From Lingula anatina (lineage: Eukaryota > Animalia > Brachiopoda), in assembly GCA_051362555.1 (NCBI GenBank), contig JBPQGU010000016.1, positions 3,534,001-3,598,000 of the forward strand: a DNA stretch of 64,000 bases, read 5' to 3'. A model generated the notes under the pieces. That model was not told the origin of the DNA, did no database searches, and saw nothing but the letters and a program-made list of their open reading frames with translations. Shown piece after piece: positions 23,414 through 38,400 of this stretch. Positions within the stretch are counted from its first letter, which is position 1; each line of letters begins with the position of its first letter. The position numbers were made by a program, and so were the translations under genes.

Positions 23414-26400
23414 TTGGCCAGGTAGGGATGAAAATTTTTTTCTTCATTATAGTGTCAGGTAGGTGTGTTCGGTCATTTGTAGTAAGAATAAAGTGCTGGA
23501 AGAGTGGTGGTGTCAACATTAAGGAAGAAATAGAGCAAAAACTCTGTCTCCCCCCCCCTCTCAGATTCTGTTCTCAGAGCTTATTTTTGGATCATCTTTA
23601 AAGCTAGAATTGAGGGCCTTCATGAAGTGACCCGGGCGCGTTTCCACATTTTTTATGAATGACAGATGTGGTAGATTGATTTTCGTCACTTTTTGGAAAA
23701 ATCGGAGACGGGTCGATTTTTGGTGATTTTGAGTGATTTTGAACAGTGCCGGCACTGTGAGATTTCTTCAATTTTGGCCAGGTAGGGATGAAAAATTTTT
23801 TTCTTCATTATAGTGTCAGGTAGGTGTGTTCGGTCATTTGTAGTAAGAATAAAGTGCTGGAAGAGTGGTGGTGTCAACATTAAGGAAGAAATAGAGCAAA
23901 AACTCTGTCTCCCCCCCCTCTCAGATTCTGTTCTCAGAGCTTATTTTTGGATCATCTTTAAAGCTAGAATTGAGGGCCTTCATGAAGTGACCCGGGCGCG
24001 TTTCCACATTTTTTATGAATGACAGACGTGGTAGATTGATTTTCGTCACTTTTTGGAAAGATCGGAGACGGGTCGATTTTTGGTGATTTTGAGTGATTTT
24101 GAACAGTGCCGGCACTGTGAGATTTCTTCAATTTTGGCCAGGTAGGGATGAAAAATTTTTTTCTTCATTATAGTGTCAGGTAGGTGTGTTCGGTCATTTG
24201 TAGTAAGAATAAAGTGCTGGAAGAGTGGTGGTGTCAACATTAAGGAAGAAATAGAGCAAAAACTCTGTCTCCCCCCCCCTCTCAGATTCTGTTCTCAGAG
24301 CTTATTTTTGGATCATCTTTAAAGCTAGAATTGAGGGCCTTCATGAAGTGACCCGGGCGCGTTTCCACATTTTTTATGAATGACAGATGTGGTAGATTGA
24401 TTTTCGTCACTTTTTGGAAAAATCGGAGACGGGTCGATTTTGGATGATTTTGAGTGATTTTGAACAGTGCCGGCACTGTGAGATTTCTTCAATTTTGGCC
24501 AGGTAGGGATGAAAAATTTTTTTCTTCATTATAGTGTCAGGTAGGTGTGTTCGGTCATTTGTAGTAAGAATAAAGTGCTGGAAGAGTGGTGGTGTCAACA
24601 TTAAGGAAGAAATAGAGCAAAAACTCTGTCTCCCCCCCCCTCTCAGATTCTGTTCTCAGAGCTTATTTTTGGATCATCTTTAAAGCTAGAATTGAGGGCC
24701 TTCATGAAGTGACCCGGGCGCGTTTCCACATTTTTTATGAATGACAGATGTGGTAGATTGATTTTCGTCACTTTTTGGAAAAATCGGAGACGGGTCGATT
24801 TTTGGTGATTTTGAGTGATTTTGAACAGTGCCGGCACTGTGAGATTTCTTCAATTTTGGCCAGGTAGGGATGAAAAATTTTTTTCTTCATTATAGTGTCA
24901 GGTAGGTGTGTTCGGTCATTTGTAGTAAGAATAAAGTGCTGGAAGAGTGGTGGTGTCAACATTAAGGAAGAAATAGAGCAAAAACTCTGTCTCCTCCCCC
25001 CTCTCAGATTCTGTTCTCAGAGCTTATTTTTGGATCATCTTTAAAGCTAGAATTGAGGGCCTTCATGAAGTGACCCGGGCGCGTTTCCACATTTTTTATG
25101 AATGACAGATGTGGTAGATTGATTTTCGTCACTTTTTGGAAAAATCGGAGACGGGTCGATTTTTGGTGATTTTGAGTGATTTTGAACAGTGCCGGCACTG
25201 TGAAATTTCCTCAATTTTGGCCAGGTAGGGATGAAAAATTTTTTTCTTCATTATAGTGTCAGGTAGGTGTGTTCGGTCATTTGTAGTAAGAATAAAGTGC
25301 TGGAAGAGTGGTGGTGTCAACATTAAGGAAGAAATAGAGCAAAAACTCTGTCTCCCCCCCCTCTCAGATTCTGTTCTCAGAGCTTATTTTTGGATCATCT
25401 TTAAAGCTAGAATTGAGGGCCTTCATGAAGTGACCCGGGCGCGTTTCCACATTTTTTATGAATGACAGATGTGGTAGATTGATTTTCGTCACTTTTTGGA
25501 AAAATAGGAGACGGGTCGATTTTTGGTGATTTTGAGTGATTTTGAACAGTGCCGGCACTGTGAGATTTCTTCAATTTTGGCCAGGTAGGGATGAAAAATT
25601 TTTTTCTTCATTATAGTGTCAGGTAGGTGTGTTCGGTCATTTGTAGTAAGAATAAAGTGCTGGAAGAGTGGTGGTGTCAACATTAAGGAAGAAATAGAGC
25701 AAAAACTCTGTCTCCCCCCCCCTCTCAGATTCTGTTCTCAGAGCTTATTTTTGGATCATCTTTAAAGCTAGAATTGAGGGCCTTCATGAAGTGACCCGGG
25801 CGCGTTTCCACATTTTTTATGAATGACAGATGTGGTAGATTGATTTTCGTCACTTTTTGGAAAAATCGGAGACGGGTCGATTTTTGGTGATTTTGAGTGA
25901 TTTTGAACAGTGCCGGCACTGTGAGATTTCTTCAATTTTGGCCAGGTAGGGATGAAAAATTTTTTTCTTCATTATAGTGTCAGGTAGGTGTGTTCGGTCA
26001 TTTGTAGTAAGAATAAAGTGCTGGAAGAGTGGTGGTGTCAACATTAAGGAAGAAATAGAGCAAAAACTCTGTCTCCCCCCCCCCTCTCAGATTCTGTTCT
26101 CAGAGCTTATTTTTTATCATCTTTAAAGCTAGAATTGAGGGCCTTCATGAAGTGACCCGGGCGCGTTTCCACATTTTTTATGAATGACAGATGTGGTAGA
26201 TTGATTTTCGTCACTTTTTGGAAAAATCGGAGACGGGTCGATTTTTGGTGATTTTGAGTGATTTTGAACAGTGCCGGCACTGTGAGATTTCTTCAATTTT
26301 GGCCAGGTAGGGATGAAAAATTTTTTTCTTCATTATAGTGTCAGGTAGGTGTGTTCGGTCATTTGTAGTAAGAATAAAGTGCTGGAAGAGTGGTGGTGTC

Positions 26401-29400
26401 AACATTAAGGAAGAAATAGAGCAAAAACTCTGTCTCCCCCCCCCCTCTCTCAGATTCTGTTCTCAGAGCTTATTTTTGGATCATCTTTAAAGCTAGAATT
26501 GAGGGCCTTCATGAAGTGACCCGGGCGCGTTTCCACATTTTTTATGAATGACAGATGTGGTAGATTGATTTTCGTCACTTTTTGGAAAAATCGGAGACGG
26601 GTCGATTTTTGGTGATTTTGAGTGATTTTGAACAGTGCCGGCACTGTGAGATTTCTTCAATTTTGGCCAGGTAGGGATGAAAAATTTTTTTCTTCATTAT
26701 AGTGTCAGGTAGGTGTGTTCGGTCATTTGTAGTAAGAATAAAGTGCTGGAAGAGTGGTGGTGTCAACATTAAGGAAGAAATAGAGCAAAAACTCTGTCTC
26801 CCCCCCCCCTCTCAGATTCTGTTCTCAGAGCTTATTTTTGGATCATCTTTAAAGCTGGAATTGAGGGCCTTCATGAAGTGACCCGGGCGCGTTTCCACAT
26901 TTTTTATGAATGACAGATGTGGTAGATTGATTTTCGTCACTTTTTGGAAAAATCGGAGACGGGTCGATTTTTGGTGATTTTGAGTGATTTTGAACAGTGC
27001 CGGCACTGTGAGATTTCTTCAATTTTGGCCAGGTAGGGATGAAAAATTTTTTTCTTCATTATAGTGTCAGGTAGGTGTGTTCGGTCATTTGTAGTAAGAA
27101 TAAAGTGCTGGAAGAGTGGTGGTGTCAACATTAAGGAAGAAATAGAGCAAAAACTCTGTCTCCCCCCCCCCTCTCAGATTCTGTTCTCAGAGCTTATTTT
27201 TGGATCATCTTTAAAGCTAGAATTGAGGGCCTTCATGAAGTGACCCGGGCGCGTTTCCACATTTTTTATGAATGACAGATGTGGTAGATTGATTTTCGTC
27301 ACTTTTTGGAAAAATCAGAGACGGGTCGATTTTTGGTGATTTTGAGTGATTTTGAACAGTGCCGGCACTGTGAGATTTCTTCAATTTTGGCCAGGTAGGG
27401 ATGAAAAATTTTTTTCTTCATTATAGTGTCAGGTAGGTGTGTTCGGTCATTTGTAGTAAGAATAAAGTGCTGGAAGAGTGGTGGTGTCAACATTAAGGAA
27501 GAAATAGAGCAAAAACTCTGTCTCCCCCCCCCCCTCTCTCAGATTCTGTTCTCAGAGCTTATTTTTGGATCATCTTTAAAGCTAGAATTGAGGGCCTTCA
27601 TGAAGTGACCCGGGCGCGTTTCCACATTTTTTATGAATGACAGATGTGGTAGATTGATTTTCGTCACTTTTTGGAAAAATCGGAGACGGGTCGATTTTTG
27701 GTGATTTTGAGTGATTTTGAACAGTGCCGGCACTGTGAGATTTCTTCAATTTTGGCCAGGTAGGGATGAAAAATTTTTTTCTTCATTATAGTGTCAGGTA
27801 GGTGTGTTCGGTCATTTGTAGTAAGAATAAAGTGCTGGAAGAGTGGTGGTGTCAACATTAAGGAAGAAATAGAGCAAAAACTCTGTCTCCCCCCCCCCTC
27901 TCAGATTCTGTTCTCAGAGCTTATTTTTGGATCATCTTTAAAGCTAGAATTGAGGGCCTTCATGAAGTGACCCGGGCGCGTTTCCACATTTTTTATGAAT
28001 GACAGATGTGGTAGATTGATTTTCGTCACTTTTTGGAAAAATCGGAGACGGGTCGATTTTTGGTGATTTTGAGTGATTTTGAACAGTGCCGGCACTGTGA
28101 GATTTCTTCAATTTTGGCCAGGTAGGGATGAAAAATTTTTTTCTTCATTATAGTGTCAGGTAGGTGTGTTCGGTCATTTGTAGTAAGAATAAAGTGCTGG
28201 AAGAGTGGTGGTGTCAACATTAAGGAAGAAATAGAGCAAAAACTCTGTCTCCCCCCCCCTCTCAGATTCTGTTCTCAGAGCTTATTTTTGGATCATCTTT
28301 AAAGCTAGAATTGAGGGCCTTCATGAAGTGACCCGGGCGCGTTTCCACATTTTTTATGAATGACAGATGTGGTAGATTGATTTTCGTCACTTTTTGGAAA
28401 AATCGGAGACGGGTCGATTTTTGGTGATTTTGAGTGATTTTGAACAGTGCCGGCACTGTGAGATTTCTTCAATTTTGGCCAGGTAGGGATGAAAAATTTT
28501 TTTCTTCATTATAGTGTCAGGTAGGTGTGTTCGGTCATTTGTAGTAAGAATAAAGTGCTGGAAGAGTGGTGGTGTCAACATTAAGGAAGAAATAGAGCAA
28601 AAACTCTGTCTCCCCCCCCCCCTCTCAGATTCTGTTCTCAGAGCTTATTTTTGGATCATCTTTAAAGCTAGAATTGAGGGCCTTCATGAAGTGACCGGGG
28701 CGTGTTTCCACATTTTTTATGAATGACAGATGTGGTAGATTGATTTTCGTCACTTTTTGGAAAAATCGGAGACGGGTCGATTTTTGGTGATTTTGAGTGA
28801 TTTTGAACAGTGCCGGCACTGTGAGATTTCTTCAATTTTGGCCAGGTAGGGATGAAAAATTTTTTTCTTCATTATAGTGTCAGGTAGGTGTGTTCGGTCA
28901 TTTGTAGTAAGAATAAAGTGCTGGAAGAGTGGTGGTGTCAACATTAAGGAAGAAATAGAGCAAAAACTCTGTCTCCCCCCCCCTCTCAGATTCTGTTCTC
29001 AGAGCTTATTTTTGGATCATCTTTAAACCTAGAATTGAGGGCCTTCATGAAGTGACCCGGGCGCGTTTCCACATTTTTTATGAATGACAGATGTGGTAGA
29101 TTGATTTTCGTCACTTTTTGGAAAAATCGGAGACGGGTCGATTTTTGGTGATTTTGAGTGATTTTGAACAGTGCCGGCACTGTGAGATTTCTTCAATTTT
29201 GGCCAGGTAGGGATGAAAAATTTTTTTCTTCATTATAGTGTCAGGTAGGTGTGTTCGGTCATTTGTAGTAAGAATAAAGTGCTGGAAGAGTGCTGGTGTC
29301 AACATTAAGGAAGAAATAGAGCAAAAACTCTGTCTCCCCCCCCCTCTCAGATTCTGTTCTCAGAGCTTATTTTTGGATCATCTTTAAAGCTAGAATTGAG

Positions 29401-32400
29401 GGCCTTCATGAAGTGACCCGGGCGCGTTTCCACATTTTTTATGAATGACAGATGTGGTAGATTGATTTTCGTCACTTTTTGGAAAAATCGGAGACGGGTC
29501 GATTTTTGGTGATTTTGAGTGATTTTGAACAGTGCCGGCACTGTGAGATTTCTTCAATTTTGGCCAGGTAGGGATGAAAAATTTTTTTCTTCATTATAGT
29601 GTCAGGTAGGTGTGTTCGGTCATTTGTAGTAAGAATAAAGTGCTGGAAGAGTGGTGGTGTCAACATTAAGGAAGAAATAGAGCAAAAACTCTGTCTCCCC
29701 CCCCCCCCTCTCAGATTCTGTTCTCAGAGCTTATTTTTGGATCATCTTTAAAGCTAGAATTGAGGGCCTTCATGAAGTGACCCGGGCGCGTTTCCACATT
29801 TTTTATGAATGACAGATGTGGTAGATTGATTTTCGTCACTTTTTGGAAAAATCGGAGACGGGTCGATTTTTGGTGATTTTGAGTGATTTTGAACAGTGCC
29901 GGCACTGTGAGATTTCTTCAATTTTGGCCAGGTAGGGATGAAAAATTTTTTTCTTCATTATAGTGTCAGGTAGGTGTGTTCGGTCATTTGTAGTAAGAAT
30001 AAAGTGCTGGAAGAGTGGTGGTGTCAACATTAAGGAAGAAATAGAGCAAAAACTCTGTCTCCCCCCCCCCTCTCAGATTCTGTTCTCAGAGCTTATTTTT
30101 GGATCATCTTTAAAGCTAGAATTGAGGGCCTTCATGAAGTGACCCGGGCGCGTTTCCACATTTTTTATGAATGACAGATGTGGTAGATTGATTTTCGTCA
30201 CTTTTTGGAAAAATCGGAGACGGGTCGATTTTTGGTGATTTTGAGTGATTTTGAACAGTGCCGGCACTGTGAGATTTCTTCAATTTTGGCCAGGTAGGGA
30301 TGAAAAATTTTTTTCTTCATTATAGTGTCAGGTAGGTGTGTTCGGTCATTTGTAGTAAGAATAAAGTGCTGGAAGAGTGGTGGTGTCAACATTAAGGAAG
30401 AAATAGAGCAAAAACTCTGTCTCCCCCCCCCCCTCTCAGATTCTGTTCTCAGAGCTTATTTTTGGATCATCTTTAAAGCTAGAATTGAGGGCCTTCATGA
30501 AGTGACCCGGGCGCGTTTCCACATTTTTTATGAATGACAGATGTGGTAGATTGATTTTCGTCACTTTTTGGAAAAATCGGAGACGGGTCGATTTTTGGTG
30601 ATTTTGAGTGATTTTGAACAGTGCCGGCACTGTGAGATTTCTTCAATTTTGGCCAGGTAGGGATGAAAAATTTTTTTCTTCATTATAGTGTCAGGTAGGT
30701 GTGTTCGGTCATTTGTAGTAAGAATAAAGTGCTGGAAGAGTGGTGGTGTCAACATTAAGGAAGAAATAGAGCAAAAACTCTGTCTCCCCCCCCCCTCTCA
30801 GATTCTGTTCTCAGAGCTTATTTTTGGATCATCTTTAAAGCTAGAATTGAGGGCCTTCATGAAGTGACCCGGGCGCGTTTCCACATTTTTTATGAATGAC
30901 AGATGTGGTAGATTGATTTTCGTCACTTTTTGGAAAAATCGGAGACGGGTCGATTTTTGGTGATTTTGAGTGATTTTGAACAGTGCCGGCACTGTGAGAT
31001 TTCTTCAATTTTGGCCAGGTAGGGATGAAAAATTTTTTTCTTCATTATAGTGTCAGGTAGGTGTGTTCGGTCATTTGTAGTAAGAATAAAGTGCTGGAAG
31101 AGTGGTGGTGTCAACATTAAGGAAGAAATAGAGCAAAAACTCTGTCTCCACCCCCCCCCCTCTCAGATTCTGTTCTCAGAGCTTATTTTTGGATCATCTT
31201 TAAAGCTAGAATTGAGGGCCTTCATGAAGTGACCCGGGCGCGTTTCCACATTTTTTATGAATGACAGATGTGGTAGATTGATTTTCGTCACTTTTTGGAA
31301 AAATCGGAGACGGGTCGATTTTTGGTGATTTTGAGTGATTTTGAACAGTGCCGGCACTGTGAGATTTCTTCAATTTTGGCCAGGTAGGGATGAAAAATTT
31401 TTTTCTTCATTATAGTGTCAGGTAGGTGTGTTCGGTCATTTGTAGTAAGAATAAAGTGCTGGAAGAGTGGTGGTGTCAACATTAAGGAAGAAATAGAGCA
31501 AAAACTCTGTCTCCCCCCCCCTCTCTCAGATTCTGTTCTCAGAGCTTATTTTTGGATCATCTTTAAAGCTAGAATTGAGGGCCTTCATGAAGTGACCCGG
31601 GCGCGTTTCCACATTTTTTATGAATGACAGATGTGGTAGATTGATTTTCGTCACTTTTTGGAAAAATCGGAGACGGGTCGATTTTTGGTGATTTTGAGTG
31701 ATTTTGAACAGTGCCGGCACTGTGAGATTTCTTCAATTTTGGCCAGGTAGGGATGAAAAATTTTTTTCTTCATTATAGTGTCAGGTAGGTGTGTTCGGTC
31801 ATTTGTAGTAAGAATAAATTGCTGGAAGAGTGGTGGTGTCAACATTAAGGAAGAAATAGAGCAAAAACTCTGTCTCCCCCCCCCTCTCAGATTCTGTTCT
31901 CAGAGCTTATTTTTGGATCATCTTTAAAGCTAGAATTGAGGGCCTTCATGAAGTGACCCGGGCGCGTTTCCACATTTTTTATGAATGACAGATGTGGTAG
32001 ATTGATTTTCGTCACTTTTTGGAAAAATCGGAGACGGGTCGATTTTTGGTGATTTTGAGTGATTTTGAACAGTGCCGGCACTGTGAGATTTCTTCAATTT
32101 TGGCCAGGTAGGGATGAAAAATTTTTTTCTTCATTATAGTGTCAGGTAGGTGTGTTCGGTCATTTGTAGTAAGAATAAAGTGCTGGAAGAGTGGTGGTGT
32201 CAACATTAAGGAAGAAATAGAGCAAAAACTCTGTCTCCCCCCCCCTCTCAGATTCTGTTCTCAGAGCTTATTTTTGGATCATCTTTAAAGCTAGAATTGA
32301 GGGCCTTCATGAAGTGACCCGGGCGCGTTTCCACATTTTTTATGAATGACAGATGTGGTAGATTGATTTTCGTCACTTTTTGGAAAAATCGGAGACGGGT

Positions 32401-35400
32401 CGATTTTTGGTGATTTTGAGTGATTTTGAACAGTGCCGGCACTGTGAGATTTCTTCAATTTTGGCCAGGTAGGGATGAAAAATTTTTTTCTTCATTATAG
32501 TGTCAGGTAGGTGTGTTCGGTCATTTGTAGTAAGAATAAAGTGCTGGAAGAGTGGTGGTATCAACATTAAGGAAGAAATAGAGCAAAAACTCTGTCTCCC
32601 CCCCCCTCTCTCAGATTCTGTTCTCAGAGCTTATTTTTGGATCATCTTTAAAGCTAGAATTGAGGGCCTTCATGAAGTGACCCGGGCGCGTTTCCACATT
32701 TTTTATGAATGACAGATGTGGTAGATTGATTTTCGTCACTTTTTGGAAAAAATCGGAGACGGGTCGATTTTTGGTGATTTTGAGTGATTTTGAACAGTGC
32801 CGGCACTGTGAGATTTCTTCAATTTTGGCCAGGTAGGGATGAAAAATTTTTTTCTTCATTATAGTGTCAGGTAGGTGTGTTCGGTCATTTGTAGTAAGAA
32901 TAAAGTGCTGGAAGAGTGGTGGTGTCAACATTAAGGAAGAAATAGAGCAAAAACTCTGTCTCCCCCCCCCTCTCAGATTCTGTTCTCAGAGCTTATTTTT
33001 GGATCATCTTTAAAGCTAGAATTGAGGGCCTTCATGAAGTGACCCGGGCGCGTTTCCACATTTTTTATGAATGACAGATGTGGTAGATTGATTTTCGTCA
33101 CTTTTTGGAAAAATCGGAGACGGGTCGATTTTTGGTGATTTTGAGTGATTTTGAACAGTGCCGGCACTGTGAGATTTCTTCAATTTTGGCCAGGTAGGGA
33201 TGAAAAATTTTTTTCTTCATTATAGTGTCAGGTAGGTGTGTTCGGTCATTTGTAGTAAGAATAAAGTGCTGGAAGAGTGGTGGTATCAACATTAAGGAAG
33301 AAATAGAGCAAAAACTCTGTCTCCCCCCCCCTCTCTCAGATTCTGTTCTCAGAGCTTATTTTTGGATCATCTTTAAAGCTAGAATTGAGGGCCTTCATGA
33401 AGTGACCCGGGCGCGTTTCCACATTTTTTATGAATGACAGATGTGGTAGATTGATTTTCGTCACTTTTTGGAAAAATCGGAGACGGGTCGATTTTTGGTG
33501 ATTTTGAGTGATTTTGAACAGTGCCGGCACTGTGAGATTTCTTCAATTTTGGCCAGGTAGGGATGAAAAATTTTTTTCTTCATTATAGTGTCAGGTAGGT
33601 GTGTTCGGTCATTTGTAGTAAGAATAAAGTGCTGGAAGAGTGGTGGTATCAACATTAAGGAAGAAATAGAGCAAAAACTCTGTCTCCCCCCCCCCTCTCT
33701 CAGATTCTGTTCTCAGAGCTTATTTTTGGATCATCTTTAAAGCTAGAATTGAGGGCCTTCATGAAGTGACCCGGGCGCGTTTCCACATTTTTTATGAATG
33801 ACAGATGTGGTAGATTGATTTTCGTCACTTTTTGGAAAAATCGGAGACGGGTCGATTTTTGGTGATTTTGAGTGATTTTGAACAGTGCCGGCACTGTGAG
33901 ATTTTTTCAATTTTGGCCAGGTAGGGATGAAAAATTTTTTTCTTCATTATAGTGTCAGGTAGGTGTGTTCTGTCATTTGTAGTAAGAATAAAGTGCTGGA
34001 AGAGTGGTGGTGTCAACATTAAGGAAGAAATAGAGCAAAAACTCTGTCTCCCCCCCCCCTCTCAGATTCTGTTCTCAGAGCTTATTTTTGGATCATCTTT
34101 AAAGCTAGAATTGAGGGCCTTCATGAAGTGACCCGGGCGCGTTTCCACATTTTTTATGAATGACAGATGTGGTAGATTGATTTTCGTCACTTTTTGGAAA
34201 AATCGGAGACGGGTCGATTTTTGGTGATTTTGAGTGATTTTGAACAGTGCTGGCACTGTGAGATTTCTTCAATTTTGGCCAGGTAGGGATGAAAAATTTT
34301 TTTCTTCATTATAGTGTCAGGTAGGTGTGTTCGGTCATTTGTAGTAAGAATAAAGTGCTGGAAGAGTGGTGGTGTCAACATTAAGGAAGAAATAGAGCAA
34401 AATTTCTGTCTCCCCCCCCTCTCAGATTCTGTTCTCAGAGCTTATTTTTGGATCATCTTTAAAGCTAGAATTGAGGGCCTTCATGAAGTGACCCGGGCGC
34501 GTTTCCACATTTTTTATGAATGACAGATGTGGTAGATTGATTTTCGTCACTTTTTGGAAAAATCGGAGACGGGTCGATTTTTGGTGATTTTGAGTGATTT
34601 TGAACAGTGCCGGCACTGTGAGATTTCTTCAATTTTGGCCAGGTAGGGATGAAAAATTTTTTTCTTCATTATAGTGTCAGGTAGGTGTGTTCGGTCATTT
34701 GTAGTAAGAATAAAGTGCTGGAAGAGTGGTGGTGTCAACATTAAGGAAGAAATAGAGCAAAAACTCTGTCTCCCCCCCCCCTCTCAGATTCTGTTCTCAG
34801 AGCTTATTTTTGGATCATCTTTAAAGCTAGAATTGAGGGCCTTCATGAAGTGACCCGGGCGCGTTTCCACATTTTTTATGAATGACAGATGTGGTAGATT
34901 GATTTTCGTCACTTTTTGGAAAAATCGGATACGGGTCGATTTTTGGTGATTTTGAGTGATTTTGAACAGTGCCGGCACTGTGAGATTTCTTCAATTTTGG
35001 CCAGGTAGGGATGAAAAATTTTTTTCTTCATTATAGTGTCAGGTAGGTGTGTTCGGTCATTTGTAGTAAGAATAAAGTGCTGGAAGAGTGGTGGTGTCAA
35101 CATTAAGGAAGAAATAGAGCAAAAACTCTGTCTCCCCCCCCCCTCTCAGATTCTGTTCTCAGAGCTTATTTTTGGATCATCTTTAAAGCTAGAATTGAGG
35201 GCCTTCATGAAGTGACCCGGGCGCGTTTCCACATTTTTTATGAATGACAGATGTGGTAGATTGATTTTCGTCACTTTTTGGAAAAATCGGAGACGGGTCG
35301 ATTTTTGGTGATTTTGAGTGATTTTGAACAGTGCCGGCACTGTGAGATTTCTTCAATTTTGGCCAGGTAGGGATGAAAAATTTTTTTCTTCATTATAGTG

Positions 35401-38400
35401 TCAGGTAGGTGTGTTCGGTCATTTGTAGTAAGAATAAAGTGCTGGAAGAGTGGTGGTGTCAACATTAAGGAAGAAATAGAGCAAAAACTCTGTCTCCCCC
35501 CCCCTCTCTCAGATTCTGTTCTCAGAGCTTATTTTTGGATCATCTTTAAAGCTAGAATTGAGGGCCTTCATGAAGTGACCCGGACGCGTTTCCACATTTT
35601 TTATGAATGACAGATGTGGTAGATTGATTTTCGTCACTTTTTGGAAAAATCGGAGACGGGTCGATTTTTGGTGATTTTGAGTGATTTTGAACAGTGCCGG
35701 CACTGTGAGATTTCTTCAATTTTGGCCAGGTAGGGATGAAAAATTTTTTTCTTCATTATAGTGTCAGGTAGGTGTGTTCGGTCATTTGTAGTAAGAATAA
35801 AGTGCTGGAAGAGTGGTGGTGTCAACATTAAGGAAGAAATAGAGCAAAAACTCTGTCTCCCCCCCCCCTCTCAGATTCTGTTCTCAGAGCTTATTTTTGG
35901 ATCATCTTTAAAGCTAGAATTGAGGGCCTTCATGAAGTGACCCGGGCGCGTTTCCACATTTTTTATGAATGACAGATGTGGTAGATTGATTTTCGTCACT
36001 TTTTGGAAAAATCGGAGACGGGTCGATTTTTGGTGATTTTGAGTGATTTTGAACAGTGCCGGCACTGTGAGATTTCTTCAATTTTGGCCAGGTAGGGATG
36101 AAAAATTTTTTTCTTCATTATAGTGTCAGGTAGGTGTGTTCGGTCATTTGTAGTAAGAATTAAGTGCTGGAAGAGTGGTGGTGTCAACATTAAGGAAGAA
36201 ATAGAGCAAAAACTCTGTCTCCCCCCCCCCTCTCAGATTCTGTTCTCAGAGCTTATTTTTGGATCATCTTTAAAGCTAGAATTGAGGGCCTTCATGAAGT
36301 GACCCGGGCGCGTTTCCACATTTTTTATGAATGACAGATGTGGTAGATTGATTTTCGTCACTTTTTGGAAAAATCGGAGACGGGTCGATTTTTGGTGATT
36401 TTGAGTGATTTTGAACAGTGCCGGCACTGTGAGATTTCTTCAATTTTGGCCAGGTAGGGATGAAAAATTTTTTTCTTCATTATAGTGTCATGTAGGTGTG
36501 TTCGGTCATTTGTAGTAAGAATAAAGTGCTGGAAGAGTGGTGGTGTCAACATTAAGGAAGAAATAGAGCAAAAATTCTGTCTCCCCCCCCCTCTCTCAGA
36601 TTCTGTTCTCAGAGCTTATTTTTGGATCATCTTTAAAGCTAGAATTGAGGGCCTTCATGAAGTGACCCGGGCGCGTTTCCACATTTTTTATGAATGACAG
36701 ATGTGGTAGATTGATTTTCGTCACTTTTTGGAAAAATCGGAGACGGGTCGATTTTTGGTGATTTTGAGTGATTTTGAACAGTGCCGGCACTGTGAGATTT
36801 CTTCAATTTTGGCCAGGTAGGGATGAAAAATTTTTTTCTTCATTATAGTGTCAGGTAGGTGTGTTCGGTCATTTGTAGTAAGAATAAAGTGCTGGAAGAG
36901 TGGTGGTGTCAACATTAAGGAAGAAATAGAGCAAAAACTCTGTCTCCCCCCCCCCTCTCTCAGATTCTGTTCTCAGAGCTTATTTTTGGATCATCTTTAA
37001 AGCTAGAATTGAGGGCCTTCATGAAGTGACCCGGGCGCGTTTCCACATTTTTTATGAATGACAGATGTGGTAGATTGATTTTCGTCACTTTTTGGAAAAA
37101 TCGGAGACGGGTCGATTTTTGGTGATTTTGAGTGATTTTGAACAGTGCAGGCACTGTGAGATTTCTTCAATTTTGGCCAGGTAGGGATGAAAAATTTTTT
37201 TCTTCATTATAGTGTCAGGTAGGTGTGTTCGGTCATTTGTAGTAAGAATAAAGTGCTGGAAGAGTGGTGGTGTCAACATTAAGGAAGAAATAGAGCAAAA
37301 ACTCTGTCTCCCCCCCCCCCCCCTCTCAGATTCTGTTCTCAGAGCTTATTTTTGGATCATCTTTAAAGCTAGAATTGAGGGCCTTCATGAAGTGACCCGG
37401 GCGCGTTTCCACATTTTTTATGAATGACAGATGTGGTAGATTGATTTTCGTCACTTTTTGGAAAAATCGGAGACGGGTCGATTTTTGGTGATTTTGAGTG
37501 ATTTTGAACAGTGCCGGCACTGTGAGATTTCTTCAATTTTGGCCAGGTAGGGATGAAAAATTTTTTTCTTCATTATAGTGTCAGGTAGGTGTGTTCGGTC
37601 ATTTGTAGTAAGAATAAAGTGCTGGAAGAGTGGTGGTGTCAACATTAAGGAAGAAATAGAGCAAAAACTCTGTCTCCCCCCCCCCCTCTCAGATTCTGTT
37701 CTCAGAGCTTATTTTTGGATCATCTTTAAAGCTAGAATTGAGGGCCTTCATGAAGTGACCCGGGCGCGTTTCCACATTTTTTATGAATGACAGATGTGGT
37801 AGATTGATTTTCGTCACTTTTTGGAAAAATCGGAGACGGGTCGATTTTTGGTGATTTTGAGTGATTTTGAACAGTGCCGGCACTGTGAGATTTCTTCAAT
37901 TTTGGCCAGGTAGGGATGAAAAATTTTTTTCTTCATTATAGTGTCAGGTAGGTGTGTTCGGTCATTTGTAGTAAGAATAAAGTGCTGGAAGAGTGGTGGT
38001 GTCAACATTAAGGAAGAAATAGAGCAAAAATTCTGTCTCCCCCCCCCTCTCTCAGATTCTGTTCTCAGAGCTTATTTTTGGATCATCTTTAAAGCTAGAA
38101 TTGAGGGCCTTCATGAAGTGACCCGGGCGCGTTTCCACATTTTTTATGAATGACAGATGTGGTAGATTGATTTTCGTCACTTTTTGGAAAAATCGGAGAC
38201 GGGTCGATTTTTGGTGATTTTGAGTGATTTTGAACAGTGCCGGCACTGTGAGATTTCTTCAATTTTGGCCAGGTAGGGATGAAAAATTTTTTTCTTCATT
38301 ATAGTGTCAGGTAGGTGTGTTCGGTCATTTGTAGTAAGAATAAAGTGCTGGAAGAGTGGTGGTGTCAACATTAAGGAAGAAATAGAGCAAAAACTCTGTC

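Noticed and set aside
23590-23610. Satellite monomer as a tandem TTAA-joined Kolobok/piggyBac element (ct-TTAA-ag site)
   Set aside because: Only the AG/CT dinucleotide matches. No TIR extends from either TTAA in the monomer.
23698-23715. CENP-B box-like motif aatcggagacggg
   Set aside because: Spacing between TCG and CGGG is 4 nt rather than the 7 nt of TTCGnnnnAnnCGGG.
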